A stretch of 64,000 bases of DNA, from the NCBI GenBank assembly GCA_020850635.1, contig JADZEH010000024.1, positions 8,617-72,616 of the forward strand. The letters are read 5' to 3'. The position numbers and the translations under genes were made by a program. Below, piece by piece: positions 9,794 through 20,294 of this stretch; the first letter of the stretch is position 1, and every line of letters starts with the position of its first letter. The notes below the pieces were generated by a model, which had not been told where the DNA came from, made no database searches, and saw nothing but the letters and a program-made list of their open reading frames with translations. Origin of the DNA: Candidatus Doudnabacteria bacterium. GTDB lineage: Bacteria; Patescibacteriota; Doudnabacteria; UBA920.

Positions 9794-10687
9794 TTATGTT
9801 CGATTGGAGCGCCATCGTTGCCAGAGAACTAATAACGGTGAAGCTACGAAAATTGAGGAGTAAGTTCCAGCGATGATACCAATGAATAAGGCCAGGACGA
9901 AGTACTTAATTGTTTCGCCACCAAAGAGCAATAGAGCTAATAACACAAAGAGAACGGTTAAACTAGTGTTTAAGGAACGAACTATGGTCTGAGTAATGCT
10001 ATGGTTAACCACGAACTCAAAAGGCTGGCCAGCATAAACTTTTAAGTTTTCTCGAATTCTGTCGAAGACCACAATTGTGTCGTGAACACTAAACCCGAGA
10101 ACCGTAAGCATAGCGGTAACGAACAAGCTATCGATTTCAATGTCGTAATAATGGCCAAGGATTGAAAATATACCCAAGACAATTAATAAGTCGTGAAGTA
10201 AAGCGACAATAGCAGCTACACCAAATTGAAATGAGGTGATTGGTTTAGCAACTTTGCGAAACGCGTAAGAGATGTAGATAATGATACCAGCTGAAACGAG
10301 TAACAGCTGATAGATAGCCTTACGCTTAAGCTCGTCCCCTATTACTGGTCCGATAGATTCAAAGCGTTTTTCTTCAAATGCACCGACTTTAGTGCGAATG
10401 TCCTCGAGAAGCTTGTCATGCTGTTCTTTTTCAAGTGTCCCGGTGCGAATAATTACCCCGTTGTTGTCTGTTGACTGTAATTGAAACGAGCCAATGTTTT
10501 GTTCTTCGACTACGGTCTTTACGGTATTGATATCACGTGGTTCAGAAAATGACAGTTCAGAAACTGTACCACCTTTGAAGTCGATCCCAAGTCTCAACCC
10601 GAACACAGCTAACGAAATAACTCCAGCTATTAAAATAACCCCGGAAAAGACGAATAAGTATTTGTAGACAGAAAGTAGTTTAAACAT
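9794..10687 (-). CDS. secF: Protein translocase subunit SecF
   Basis: 297 aa. SecD/SecF family TM architecture, located immediately downstream of secD. Confidence 0.9.
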   Translation of the reverse strand: MFKLLSVYKYLFVFSGVILIAGVISLAVFGLRLGIDFKGGTVSELSFSEPRDINTVKTVVEEQNIGSFQLQSTDNNGVIIRTGTLEKEQHDKLLEDIRTKVGAFEEKRFESIGPVIGDELKRKAIYQLLLVSAGIIIYISYAFRKVAKPITSFQFGVAAIVALLHDLLIVLGIFSILGHYYDIEIDSLFVTAMLTVLGFSVHDTIVVFDRIRENLKVYAGQPFEFVVNHSITQTIVRSLNTSLTVLFVLLALLLFGGETIKYFVLALFIGIIAGTYSSIFVASPLLVLWQRWRSNRT

Positions 10688-10693
10688 AGTGGT

Positions 10694-12205
10694 TTATTGA
10701 TTGGCTCCAGCAGGTTCTGACTGGGTGGTTTTAATTTTCTTTGCTCCAAAGAGCCATGGATGTGACAGAATGCTCGCCCCTAAGAAAGTTTTAAGGAGCG
10801 TGCGGGTAATTGTAATCGCAGTAAACATTGAGATTAAAATACCAATTCCAAGTGTAATTGCGAAACCTTTAATCGACGGTGTACCAAACATGTACAGAAT
10901 GATTACCGTGATTAAGCTTGAAACGTTTGAATCGCGAATTGATGTCCAAGCACGAGCAAAACCATCCTGAACCGCTTTGTGAATATCTTTACCAGAATGA
11001 ATTTCTTCTTTCAAGCGTTCGAAAATTAAGATATTAGCATCAACCGCCATACCAATCGATAGGATAAACCCAGCAATACCAGCTAGAGTTAAAGTCACGG
11101 GAGCTAAACCACCTAAGAACAATAAAAGAATGTAACTAATTAGGGCTAGTGCTCCGAACCAGGCACTTACCGTAAGCCCAAGGAAGAAGAACAGACCCAC
11201 TAAGATAACAGCCGTAATTGAAATACCGATTTTAAAGACGGCAAATGAAATTAAGGCGTAGATAATTAAAGCAATAACAGCAAGTAGTCCTGGTAAGCGG
11301 TAGTTGTAAAGCATGAACACAATAATCAACAACATCCCGATAATACCAGCGATAATCGATTTTTGGATTGATTCTTGTCCAAGACTAGCCCCAACGTTTT
11401 GCTGGGATACTAAACTGATAGGAACAGGCAAAGCCCCACTGTTTAAATTCGTTGCTAAATCTTTAGCTGCTTTGATATCCCCAATACCTGTGATGTTAGC
11501 AATACCATCTGTGATTGGAGTTTGCACTGTCGGAGCGCTTAAAATTTGACCGTCGAGGAAAATCGCTACCCGTTTTCCTAAATTCTCCGAAGTAATTTTA
11601 GCGAATAAGTCTTTACCTTCGTCGTTAAATTCTAAACGGACCACGGCTTCGCTACCAATAGTACTGGTTCCCTGCTGAAGGATATCTGCAGTTGCTCGCT
11701 TCAGTTGCTTACCTGATAAACCAGTTGGCGCCCATAAATCTGCTGGATCAAGTACCATCTTACCAGTTGCATCAACACTGGCCTCTGGGTTAGCATTTGG
11801 ATTTTCTATGCGAAACTCCATAAATGGAGTTTGACCAATTTGTCGAATCGCTTCATTTACATCTTTAATTCCCGGGAGTTCAACTACAATTTTATCCTGA
11901 CCCTCAACTTGAACTAAGGGTTCAGCTACGCCGAAAGAGTTTACACGACGTTCAATAACCGTGCGAATCGAATTTAGGGCTTCTTCCCGATCTTCATCTG
12001 GAATATCTTTGAAGTCCGCTTGATAAACTAGGTGCGAGCCCCCTTGCAAATCTAATCCCAAATGAATACTAAATTGTTGTTCATAAGGAATCTTTAGTGG
12101 TTTTAAATTAATCTTACTACCTTGAGGATGCACGATCCATCCAGCTCCGGCGGCAACTATCAGTACAGCAAGTAAGGATAGTCCTAGACGTATTTTCTGT
12201 TTCAT
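10694..12205 (-). CDS. secD: Protein translocase subunit SecD
   Basis: 503 aa. N-terminal TM, periplasmic domain, C-terminal 6-TM SecD/F domain. Confidence 0.9.
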   Translation of the reverse strand: MKQKIRLGLSLLAVLIVAAGAGWIVHPQGSKINLKPLKIPYEQQFSIHLGLDLQGGSHLVYQADFKDIPDEDREEALNSIRTVIERRVNSFGVAEPLVQVEGQDKIVVELPGIKDVNEAIRQIGQTPFMEFRIENPNANPEASVDATGKMVLDPADLWAPTGLSGKQLKRATADILQQGTSTIGSEAVVRLEFNDEGKDLFAKITSENLGKRVAIFLDGQILSAPTVQTPITDGIANITGIGDIKAAKDLATNLNSGALPVPISLVSQQNVGASLGQESIQKSIIAGIIGMLLIIVFMLYNYRLPGLLAVIALIIYALISFAVFKIGISITAVILVGLFFFLGLTVSAWFGALALISYILLLFLGGLAPVTLTLAGIAGFILSIGMAVDANILIFERLKEEIHSGKDIHKAVQDGFARAWTSIRDSNVSSLITVIILYMFGTPSIKGFAITLGIGILISMFTAITITRTLLKTFLGASILSHPWLFGAKKIKTTQSEPAGANQ

Positions 12206-12295
12206 GAATTGATTAATTACTTAAAAATAGTTTAAACAAGCTTTAAAATCCTCACTAGTATAGCAAATTGTGAGGTTCTTTGGCAATTCTTGTTT

Positions 12296-13372
12296 TTAGA
12301 GGATTTTATGGAATGGCCAGGTTAAGACCTCAGCAATTTTTTGCCAAAGTTGACGGTGCCTCCACTGATGGCGTCGAATTTCTAATGAGCTCTCAATATC
12401 TTCGATAAATTGAGCCTTAACTTCTGCGGCAAATTTTTTGTCAGTACTGTTGATGTTCCCTTCGTAGTTGAAAAGTAAGCTTAAATTATCGAGATTTGAA
12501 CTTCCCACACTCGACCACTCATCATCAATTACTATAGTTTTGGCGTGCAGAACCGCATCGGCGTAAGTAAAAATTCTAATACCGGCTCTAAGCGCAATCC
12601 CAAAGTATGAGTACGTGGCAAGATCAACAATTGCGTGATCAGAAATTAAAGGCGTGATAATGCGAACATCTACCCCGCGTTTACTTGCCATGCGAAGAGC
12701 TCGGAAGATTGCAAGGTCAGGGATAAAGTAGGGCGAAGTGATAAATATATAATTTTCAGCTGATCGAATACTTGAAATTAGCTGTCTATATAGATAGCGT
12801 CTTTGGAAGTGGGGCGAGTTAGTAACATAATGAAAAGTTTCCGAGAAGTCTTTAGTTCGTGGATACCTCTGTGGTTTATTCGAAAGCTGTTTCGCTCTTA
12901 GATTGAAAAAAGCTTGTTCCATTTCCTTAACTACTAATCCTTTAATGCGCACGTGAGTGTCTCGCCAGTCTTTCATTCGTCCATTAATTCCGACTCCACC
13001 CGTATGACCGATCTCTGAATCGACCACTAGCAATTTTCGATGATCCCGGAAAAACCACGAAGTATAGTTATATGCTCGCCAAATGCTAATTGGTTTGAAA
13101 ATTAGTACTTCAACTCCCGCTTGCCTCATTTCAGCAATGAGATGTGAATATGTAAATAAATAACTACCAGCGCCGTCTAAAAGCAACTTAACTTTAATAC
13201 CTTCCTGCGCTTTCTTAATGAGCAGTTGCCCAAATTTATTCCCAATAACCGAATCATTGTTAAAAATATACTGCTCTAAACAAATAGAATGCTTGGCGGA
13301 CTCACAATCCTCATACATTGAATTCCAAGCGTCCTCAGCTTTAAGATAAAATTTCCATTCGGTGTTAGTCAT
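12296..13372 (-). CDS. Phospholipase D-family protein (cardiolipin synthase-like)
   Basis: Two HKD motifs: HRKLLVVDSEIGHTGGVGI and HAKTIVIDDEWSSVGSSNLD. Confidence 0.85.
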   Translation of the reverse strand: MTNTEWKFYLKAEDAWNSMYEDCESAKHSICLEQYIFNNDSVIGNKFGQLLIKKAQEGIKVKLLLDGAGSYLFTYSHLIAEMRQAGVEVLIFKPISIWRAYNYTSWFFRDHRKLLVVDSEIGHTGGVGINGRMKDWRDTHVRIKGLVVKEMEQAFFNLRAKQLSNKPQRYPRTKDFSETFHYVTNSPHFQRRYLYRQLISSIRSAENYIFITSPYFIPDLAIFRALRMASKRGVDVRIITPLISDHAIVDLATYSYFGIALRAGIRIFTYADAVLHAKTIVIDDEWSSVGSSNLDNLSLLFNYEGNINSTDKKFAAEVKAQFIEDIESSLEIRRHQWRHRQLWQKIAEVLTWPFHKIL

Positions 13373-14156
13373 GGAGTTTGTTCATCGTTGTTAAAAAAGC
13401 GTTTGCCCAGTTTTCGTAACCAATGTCTGACGGGTGAAATTGATCTTGAGCAAAAGTGATTTTTATATCTGGATATAGATGCCAGCCAAAATCATGGATT
13501 GGAACAACATGAACTCGATCGTTTTCTAGCTTGAGAAGTTCACGATTGACTACTTGGGCTTTGGCCTCAAGGACTTGTCTAAAAATCCATGGCAATAAAG
13601 GTGCGTCTTTTAAAATAGGAGTATTTGTTAGATAGATCTGAGCGTGAGTTTCAGCAAGTAATCTCTCAATAATAATTGAGTAATTTTCGACGATACTTGC
13701 GTTGCTTTTTAAATGGGTAATATCATTAGCCCCGATGGAGAGTGTGATGATGTCAGGATTCACCTCAATTATTTTGGGTAGTTGTTCTTCAATCACATTG
13801 TTTGTACGTGCTCCGCTTTTACCCACATGAACATATTTAACTTTATTTTGTTCAGACAGTCTTTGGAAAACTTTGTACGTATAAGTATGAGCAATGTCAC
13901 TGGCGCCTACACCAACAGAAGTACTATCACCAGCGGCAACATAAGTTAAGAGTTCGCCCGATCCCTGTTCACTATTTTGTTGAACGATTTCTGGCAATCG
14001 ATTACTTTTGAGTACATACAAGAATCGCCCATAAGAGACGGCGGCGTAAACAACAACAACGGCGAGAATTATGTACATTATTTTGAAGTTACGTTTTGAC
14101 AATTTGTTTGAGTTGTAAAAAGTCTTTGATAATTTCGGCTTTGACTTTTGGAGCAT
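13365..14156 (-). CDS. SGNH/GDSL hydrolase family protein
   Basis: GDS(T)S block VAAGDSTSVG, GAND block, DQFHPSD (DxxH). N-terminal TM. The likely start is the internal Met at 14078. Confidence 0.8.
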   Translation of the reverse strand: MLQKSKPKLSKTFYNSNKLSKRNFKIMYIILAVVVVYAAVSYGRFLYVLKSNRLPEIVQQNSEQGSGELLTYVAAGDSTSVGVGASDIAHTYTYKVFQRLSEQNKVKYVHVGKSGARTNNVIEEQLPKIIEVNPDIITLSIGANDITHLKSNASIVENYSIIIERLLAETHAQIYLTNTPILKDAPLLPWIFRQVLEAKAQVVNRELLKLENDRVHVVPIHDFGWHLYPDIKITFAQDQFHPSDIGYENWANAFLTTMNKLHD

Positions 14157-14661
14157 AAAGTGGAGCAGCAGGATGATAAGCTAACAAATATTTAATGCCA
14201 TCATTTTCGACAATAGTTCCGTGTTCTTTGGCAATAGAAATATTTTGCTTTAGTACAGCGAGTGCTGCAACTCGACCTAGTAAGACTACAACTTTAGGCT
14301 CAATGATAGCAAACTGCAGCAACAAGTGTTTGCGACCATGCGCAACTTCGGCTGGTGTTGGTGTAACGTGTTTCGGCAAGTACTTTACCGGACTTGTGAT
14401 GTAGACATCTTTTTCTTTTAAACCAACTTCATTGATTAAACCGCGAAGCAGCTTCCCTGCTCTACCGATAAATGGTCTGCCGGTTTTAGCTTCTTCTTTC
14501 CCAGGAGCTTCGCCAATAAAGACAATGTCAGCATCGGGATTGCCTTCACCGGGAACAGCAACCCCAATTTTATCCTTTTTACAAACACGGCACTGCGAAA
14601 TTTGCAGTGCGATAGTATCTAAGGCTTCTTGTTTTTGTTTCTTTGTCAGTTTCTTTGGCAT
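14089..14661 (-). CDS. Uracil-DNA glycosylase, family 4
   Basis: [25 protein letters not shown] motif plus Cys residues (CRVCKK). The ORF extends to 14772, but the Met at 14661 matches the conserved UDG4 N-terminus and avoids overlapping the neighbouring gene. Confidence 0.8.
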   Translation of the reverse strand: MPKKLTKKQKQEALDTIALQISQCRVCKKDKIGVAVPGEGNPDADIVFIGEAPGKEEAKTGRPFIGRAGKLLRGLINEVGLKEKDVYITSPVKYLPKHVTPTPAEVAHGRKHLLLQFAIIEPKVVVLLGRVAALAVLKQNISIAKEHGTIVENDGIKYLLAYHPAAPLYAPKVKAEIIKDFLQLKQIVKT

Positions 14662-14719
14662 GTCTTGAGTATACGAAAAAAGCCCATCCTTGGGTAGGAG
14701 GAGCTTTTCCAAAATACTC

Positions 14720-15742
14720 TTATTGAATACAAATATAGTTCCAGGTTTCGGCTCCGCCAGTTGTAGAGGCAACGAAATTTAAGGTAAGAGCTGTGGTAGA
14801 CGAAGTTACATAAACCTTACCGGCATCTACTTGGCCAGTGTCCGTGGCTGGGCTTACAGTGCATACCGGAGCCGATGCGTAAGCGGTTTGGAAAGTAACA
14901 ACTAAAGTCCCTGCTCCAGCGCCGACAGTTGCTGAAATTTTTCCTTTAGTATCGCTACTTCCTGAACTCAAAGTGGCACCGCTATAACCAGCACCTGTAA
15001 CGCTGGGTGTTGGGGCTGTTGTCTGTGATGAAATCAAGTGAGAAGTCGCTGGTCCAAGTGTAACGTTAGTACCCACAGTTACACCACTTGCCGCGATAGT
15101 AACAACGGCCGTGGTTGGTCTAGCTGCAAAGCCACCCGTAAAACCAATTCCGATAGTACTAGCACTGTGTGGGTAAATTGCACCAACATTACCTGGGGTA
15201 TTCAGAGTATAACCAATTCCGGATCCTCCATAGAGAATAATTCCACCCGTACCTGCTCCATTTGCTTCTGACCCAATTGCCAGAGTACCATTACTACTCG
15301 CGCTTGCTACTGAACTTGCCGACAGTCGCATTATGGTGTCTGGGCTAACTGGATTTGCTCCTGGAGGTGACCACAGAAAATCGAATGATGGACTACCAGC
15401 AAAATCACCCATTGAAATATTAGTCCCTAACACACTCGTATCATCTAAATTGTACGAATTATAGGTAGCTGTTGGGGACATATTAAAAGTAAACTGTGAC
15501 AACCTTATCAAATCTGAAAGCACAGAAGAGGTGGCCATATGAGCATACATACCAGTTTCAGCAATTGGGATCCTTAAAGTTCCCGTTAAAGTAGTGTCCC
15601 CGGTGATTGCAACTGATGTCCCTTGCAAAGCAATTAAGCCGTCCGATGTTATCGTAGTCGAGCCAACTGTTAAAGCCGCTTGTGCGGATTTTGCACTAGT
15701 AAATAATAGTGCAATAAAAATTAAAAAATAGAGTTTTTTCAT
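14720..15742 (-). CDS. Secreted Gly/Thr/Ser-rich repeat protein (paralog 1; candidate surface/adhesin beta-solenoid)
   Basis: Signal peptide ...SAKSAQA. Conserved AALTVG...ITSDGL block shared with the 30749-31600 product. Low-complexity G/T/S/A repeats. C-terminal Cys pair (VCTVSP...NYICIQ). Confidence 0.6.
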   Translation of the reverse strand: MKKLYFLIFIALLFTSAKSAQAALTVGSTTITSDGLIALQGTSVAITGDTTLTGTLRIPIAETGMYAHMATSSVLSDLIRLSQFTFNMSPTATYNSYNLDDTSVLGTNISMGDFAGSPSFDFLWSPPGANPVSPDTIMRLSASSVASASSNGTLAIGSEANGAGTGGIILYGGSGIGYTLNTPGNVGAIYPHSASTIGIGFTGGFAARPTTAVVTIAASGVTVGTNVTLGPATSHLISSQTTAPTPSVTGAGYSGATLSSGSSDTKGKISATVGAGAGTLVVTFQTAYASAPVCTVSPATDTGQVDAGKVYVTSSTTALTLNFVASTTGGAETWNYICIQ

Positions 15743-15886
15743 TTATTTTTATTTAATTACGAGCTTTTATTAGGTATTGTATCAATACTCAATTGTAACA
15801 TATATGTGTGACATCGACTAAGTTAGAGCTACCCTAACTTTAATACAGAAGGCCACTTTTTAAATAGAAGCGAACTCGACAGTAAT

Positions 15887-18610
15887 TTATTTCTTAGCTA
15901 AGTTTTGTTGATGTTCAGGTGTGTTGAGTAATTCGCACTTCTTGTACTTCTTTCCGCTTCCACAAGGGCAAGGGTCATTACGGCCGACGTCGTTATTACT
16001 AGAAGCATCAGGGTCACCAGAAGCCGCTTGTGCGCCATCAGATGAGCTCAAAACGATGTTACCGGTCGCTTGTTGGACTTCTTGAGGGGCCTGCACCGTA
16101 ACTTTCAAAACCATCGACGCGATTTGCTTGTTTAATTCCTTTAGCAAGCCTTGGAACATAATAAAGCCTTCTTTTTTGTATTCAACTAACGGATCTCTTT
16201 GACCATAACCGCGTAAACGTACTGAGTCACGCAAGTGATCCATGGTATCTAAGTGTTCCATCCATAAGGTATCCAAAGTTTGCAACGCAATATAACGTAT
16301 GATTTGCTCATACTGCTTCTCGCCTAATTCTTGTTCTTTGATTGCAAAATAATCTTCAGCAGCCTTAGTTAAAGCATCAGTGATTGCAAACTCTTTGCTG
16401 GCAGCGTTTCTACTTGCTTCAACAACCTTTGCCTGTACTTCTGGCGTAACTGGTAAGATGGTGTTGGCTTGTTCGAAAATTGTTTTTAAGGCTTCCTGGG
16501 AATCTTCAATTGATTCTGTGTTGAAAGTGACTAACTCCGAAATTTCATTGCGAATAAATCCAAGAACCTCTTCCTTTACATCAAGAGCTTCTTCATTTTC
16601 GCCGATTACACCTAAGTAGCGCTTGCGACGTTTGTAAATTACGGTGCGTTGATGATTCAAGACATCATCAAATTCAAGAACATGTTTTCGAGTATCAAAG
16701 TTTAATCCTTCAATTTTTTTCTGAGCTTGTTCAATAGAACGAGATACGAGACTGGCTTCGATAGGCTGATCATCTTCAAGGCCTAAGCGAGTCATCATGT
16801 TTTTCATACGCTCGCCACCAAAGAGGCGCATGAGATCGTCTTCCATGCTGACAAAGAACTGACTGCGACCATTATCGCCTTGACGACCAGAACGTCCACG
16901 GAGCTGGTTATCAATACGACGAGATTCGTGTCGCTCTGTACCTAAAACGTATAAACCACCGGCGTCTTGAACACGCTTTGCTTCCTCAGGATCGATTGGA
17001 TTACCACCAAGCAGAATGTCGACACCACGACCAGCAATGTTTGTAGCGAGTGTTACCGCACCAAAACGACCAGCCTGAGCAATAATATTAGCTTCACGTT
17101 CATGGTTTTTAGCATTCAAGATTTCAAACTGAACCCCTGCTTTCTTTAGATGCTCAGCAAGAATTTCGTTTTTAGCAATACTAACCGTACCAATCAAAAT
17201 TGGTTGACCAACTTTATTACGCTCCTTAACTTCATTAGCAATGGCTTTAAACTTCGCTTCCTCAGTTTTGTACACTACATCTGGGGCGTCTTCACGAACC
17301 ATTGGTTTGTTGGTGGGAATTTGCTCAACGTGAAGTTTGTAGATTTTGAAAAATTCTTCTTCTTCGGTTTTAGCCGTACCGGTCATACCAGAAAGTCTGG
17401 AGTATAGGCGGAATAAGTTCTGGAACGTAATTGTGGCTAAAGTCTTGCTCTCTTGCTGAATTTTCACACCCTCTTTAGCTTCGATAGCTTGGTGGAGACC
17501 TTCGCTGTAACGACGACCAAACATCATGCGTCCAGTAAATTCATCAACGATAATAATTTCGTTGTCACGAACCACATAGTCTCGGTCGCGTTTAAACAAA
17601 GTTTTAGCACGAAGGGCTTGCTCAATATGATGTAAGGTTGTTACACCCTTACTGGTGTCGTAAATGTTTTCAACATTTAAAATCTTTTCAATTTTGTTGA
17701 TACCTTCATCGCTCAAGCTGGCTGACTTATGTTTTTCGTCAGTGGTATAGTCAGTGTCTTCTTGGAGACGATCAACGATTTTTGCAAACTCAATATATTT
17801 ATCGGTTGGATCGGTATCCGGCTGAGAAATGATTAAAGGAGTACGAGCTTCATCAATTAAAATGCTGTCGACTTCATCGACGATCACGAAAAACAAATCT
17901 CGCTGAACTAAACGCTCGGCGGATGGTACCATGTTATCGCGCAAATAATCGAAACCGTATTCATTGTTGGTACCGTAGGTAATGTCGGCGGCATAAGCTT
18001 CGCGACGAGTAATTGGTCGCATGTGCTTTACGTCCATAACCAAACCTTGAGTTTCGCTCTCTAAACGATCGATTTCTTCTTGTTCTGGTTGATAAGTTGG
18101 ATCGTAACGGAAAGACTGTTCGTGTTGAATAGAGGAGACAGAAAGACCAAGATAGTGGAAGATGGGACCCATTAAACTCGCATGCCAACGTGCCAAATAG
18201 TCGTTAACAGTAACCAAATGAGCACCACGTCCTGCTAAAGCGTGTAAAACTAAAGGTAAGGTTGCGGTTAAAGTTTTACCTTCACCAGTTTTCATTTCGG
18301 CAATCTTACCTTCTGACAAAACTAAACCACCAACGACTTGAACATCGTAGTGTGATTTGGCAATTGAACGATGTGAGGCTTCGCGAGTTAAAGCGAACAC
18401 ACGATTTCGAATCTCGGCAAGCTTTTTAAAAACTTTGTCTTCAGATTTTAGTTCCGCGAGTTCATCACGATATGTTTTAATCTCAGCCTGAATTTGTTCT
18501 TGGCTGAGATTTTTGATTTCATCAGCAAGTGCGTTAATCTCAGCAAGGTCCTTCTTATATGTGACTAGAGGATCTTTTTCAAAAGAGAATATCTTGGAAA
18601 TAAATGACAT
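15887..18610 (-). CDS. secA: Preprotein translocase ATPase SecA
   Basis: 907 aa. DEAD-like motor domains. C-terminal zinc-binding CPCGSGKKYKKC. Confidence 0.97.
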   Translation of the reverse strand: MSFISKIFSFEKDPLVTYKKDLAEINALADEIKNLSQEQIQAEIKTYRDELAELKSEDKVFKKLAEIRNRVFALTREASHRSIAKSHYDVQVVGGLVLSEGKIAEMKTGEGKTLTATLPLVLHALAGRGAHLVTVNDYLARWHASLMGPIFHYLGLSVSSIQHEQSFRYDPTYQPEQEEIDRLESETQGLVMDVKHMRPITRREAYAADITYGTNNEYGFDYLRDNMVPSAERLVQRDLFFVIVDEVDSILIDEARTPLIISQPDTDPTDKYIEFAKIVDRLQEDTDYTTDEKHKSASLSDEGINKIEKILNVENIYDTSKGVTTLHHIEQALRAKTLFKRDRDYVVRDNEIIIVDEFTGRMMFGRRYSEGLHQAIEAKEGVKIQQESKTLATITFQNLFRLYSRLSGMTGTAKTEEEEFFKIYKLHVEQIPTNKPMVREDAPDVVYKTEEAKFKAIANEVKERNKVGQPILIGTVSIAKNEILAEHLKKAGVQFEILNAKNHEREANIIAQAGRFGAVTLATNIAGRGVDILLGGNPIDPEEAKRVQDAGGLYVLGTERHESRRIDNQLRGRSGRQGDNGRSQFFVSMEDDLMRLFGGERMKNMMTRLGLEDDQPIEASLVSRSIEQAQKKIEGLNFDTRKHVLEFDDVLNHQRTVIYKRRKRYLGVIGENEEALDVKEEVLGFIRNEISELVTFNTESIEDSQEALKTIFEQANTILPVTPEVQAKVVEASRNAASKEFAITDALTKAAEDYFAIKEQELGEKQYEQIIRYIALQTLDTLWMEHLDTMDHLRDSVRLRGYGQRDPLVEYKKEGFIMFQGLLKELNKQIASMVLKVTVQAPQEVQQATGNIVLSSSDGAQAASGDPDASSNNDVGRNDPCPCGSGKKYKKCELLNTPEHQQNLAKK

Positions 18611-18760
18611 AATTTGTCTTATATATAAGCCTTTTCTGGCGTTAAGTTCTGTAAATACTAATATAGTATAGCTTAAAATGGCCTAAAAACCAATGGTTGT
18701 TCTTCTAAACTAAAGTACGTCACCACTTTATAGATGACGTACTAATTAAATCTTAAATTC

Positions 18761-19093
18761 TTATTTCGCTCGCTTGAACATCGCCCCAAGACGACGACGT
18801 AAACTTATTTTCTTATCTTTTTCTTTCGTCAGTTGTTCGCGAATTTTTGGAAGGACTAAATCTAAAGCGGCATAAAAATTATCAGAAGCAGCCTCGGCAT
18901 AATGACCATGTGGCTGGATACGAACTTCTACTCGCTGCACTTCTCCGCTTTGATGATGCTTATCAATCTCCAACTCTACGTGTACGGTCTCGTCTGGTTT
19001 TAAAAACTTCTCTAAAACAGAAAGTTTGTTTTCAATACCGGCACGTACAGAATCGGACACTGTAGTATTTGTCGCTTTTATATTGAGATTCAT
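18761..19093 (-). CDS. hpf: Ribosome hibernation promoting factor (HPF/RaiA/YfiA family)
   Basis: 110 aa. MNLNIKATNTTVSDSVRAGIENKL... is typical of the sigma-54 modulation / HPF fold. Confidence 0.85.
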   Translation of the reverse strand: MNLNIKATNTTVSDSVRAGIENKLSVLEKFLKPDETVHVELEIDKHHQSGEVQRVEVRIQPHGHYAEAASDNFYAALDLVLPKIREQLTKEKDKKISLRRRLGAMFKRAK

Positions 19094-19124
19094 AAGATCC
19101 TTTCACTTACTAATCTTACCTTAA

Positions 19125-20216
19125 TTATACCACGTTAAGCCTTCCTTCAAAACCAACAAACTCTGGTTCGTGCTCTAATTCAACCCCAGTTTTTGCTAGT
19201 ACCCCAGCTTTTACTTGATTATAGAGGGTGATTACGTCTTCTGCACTAGCTTTCCCTGTTTTATTCAAGATAATCGCTGGTTGAGCGGGATTAATTTGAG
19301 CTCCCCCAACCTCTAAACCCTTAAACCCACAAACATCAAGTAAAAATGCAGTAGGGGTTTTGTAGCCTTGAGGGACTTTAAGTCTATCTGCCATCGCTTC
19401 AAGGCGCTGAGCTTGTTCAGTTCCAAATAAATCTAGAACTTTCTTTTGCATGTCCGCAAACTCACTATCGCTTAATATTGGACCACGGAAAAATGAACCA
19501 GCATTACCGCGTTCGGGTGCATCTGGAAACGGAAACTTGGTATTTCTAATTTCAATAATCGCGCTTCTAATTTCGGCAAGGGTAATTGTTTGCGGATCAC
19601 GATCAGCAAACTTAATTTTCAAATCACCATAAGATAAATTTGGATTGGGTACTTTTGATAACACTAAGTTTGTATGTAATATAACGTAACGATTTTTTTC
19701 CGAGGTATTGAAGATACTTTTTCGATAACCAAACTCACACTCATCGCGAGAAATAATTTTTGTGTCATGTGTTTGTCGATCGAATACCAACACTGATTCT
19801 ACAACCTGACTGGCCTCTTGTCCGTAAGCCCCCACATTTTGAACTGTAAGTGCGCCAGTGTTGCCTGGGATGTGTGATAAGTTCTCAATGCCCCATAGCC
19901 CATGCTCAACGGCAAACGCCACCACAGAGTCCCAGTTTTGACCTGAGCCAATCGTCAGTCGAACCTGAGAATCTGAAATATCTTCTTGCTCAATACCTTC
20001 GTTAACCAGCTTTATAACTAGGCCATCAAAGCCTTTATCCGAAACGAGAACATTGCTACCACCACCCATAATCAAAACTTGGGCAGATTTTTGTTCTGCA
20101 AATTTTAAAGCCTCGTTAAGCTCATCGGTGGTTTTAGCTTCACAAAAATATTTAGCTAGACCGCCGATGTGAAAAGTGGTGTGCTCTGAAAGTAAAATGT
20201 TTTCTTGAATATCCAT
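19125..20216 (-). CDS. murB: UDP-N-acetylenolpyruvoylglucosamine reductase MurB
   Basis: LSEHTTFHIGG FAD-binding N-terminus. Sits in a mur gene context. Confidence 0.85.
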   Translation of the reverse strand: MDIQENILLSEHTTFHIGGLAKYFCEAKTTDELNEALKFAEQKSAQVLIMGGGSNVLVSDKGFDGLVIKLVNEGIEQEDISDSQVRLTIGSGQNWDSVVAFAVEHGLWGIENLSHIPGNTGALTVQNVGAYGQEASQVVESVLVFDRQTHDTKIISRDECEFGYRKSIFNTSEKNRYVILHTNLVLSKVPNPNLSYGDLKIKFADRDPQTITLAEIRSAIIEIRNTKFPFPDAPERGNAGSFFRGPILSDSEFADMQKKVLDLFGTEQAQRLEAMADRLKVPQGYKTPTAFLLDVCGFKGLEVGGAQINPAQPAIILNKTGKASAEDVITLYNQVKAGVLAKTGVELEHEPEFVGFEGRLNVV

Positions 20217-20228
20217 AAGTTAAATTGT

Positions 20229-20257
20229 TTGACTAACCTCTATTTTTATGATTAAAT
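20229..20257 (+). promoter_or_regulatory. Sigma70-like promoter TTGACT-17-TTAAAT for the high-GC ORF
   Basis: -35 at 20229-20234, -10 at 20252-20257. GAGGAGG Shine-Dalgarno at 20279-20288. Confidence 0.4.
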
Positions 20258-20294
20258 GTATAGCCGAGAGAACGACGAAGAGGAGGAGTTACCC

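Noticed and set aside
14662-14772. N-terminal 37-codon extension of the UDG ORF
   Set aside because: It overlaps the C-terminal end of the neighbouring secreted-protein gene and is not conserved in UDG4. The internal Met at 14661 has a TATACT -10 upstream.
14720-15742. Secreted repeat paralogs as type IV pilins
   Set aside because: The C-terminal Cys-containing block is reminiscent of a pilin D-region, but the N-termini are classical Sec signal peptides (AQA/AGA cleavage). They lack the G-F/M-x-x-x-E prepilin motif.
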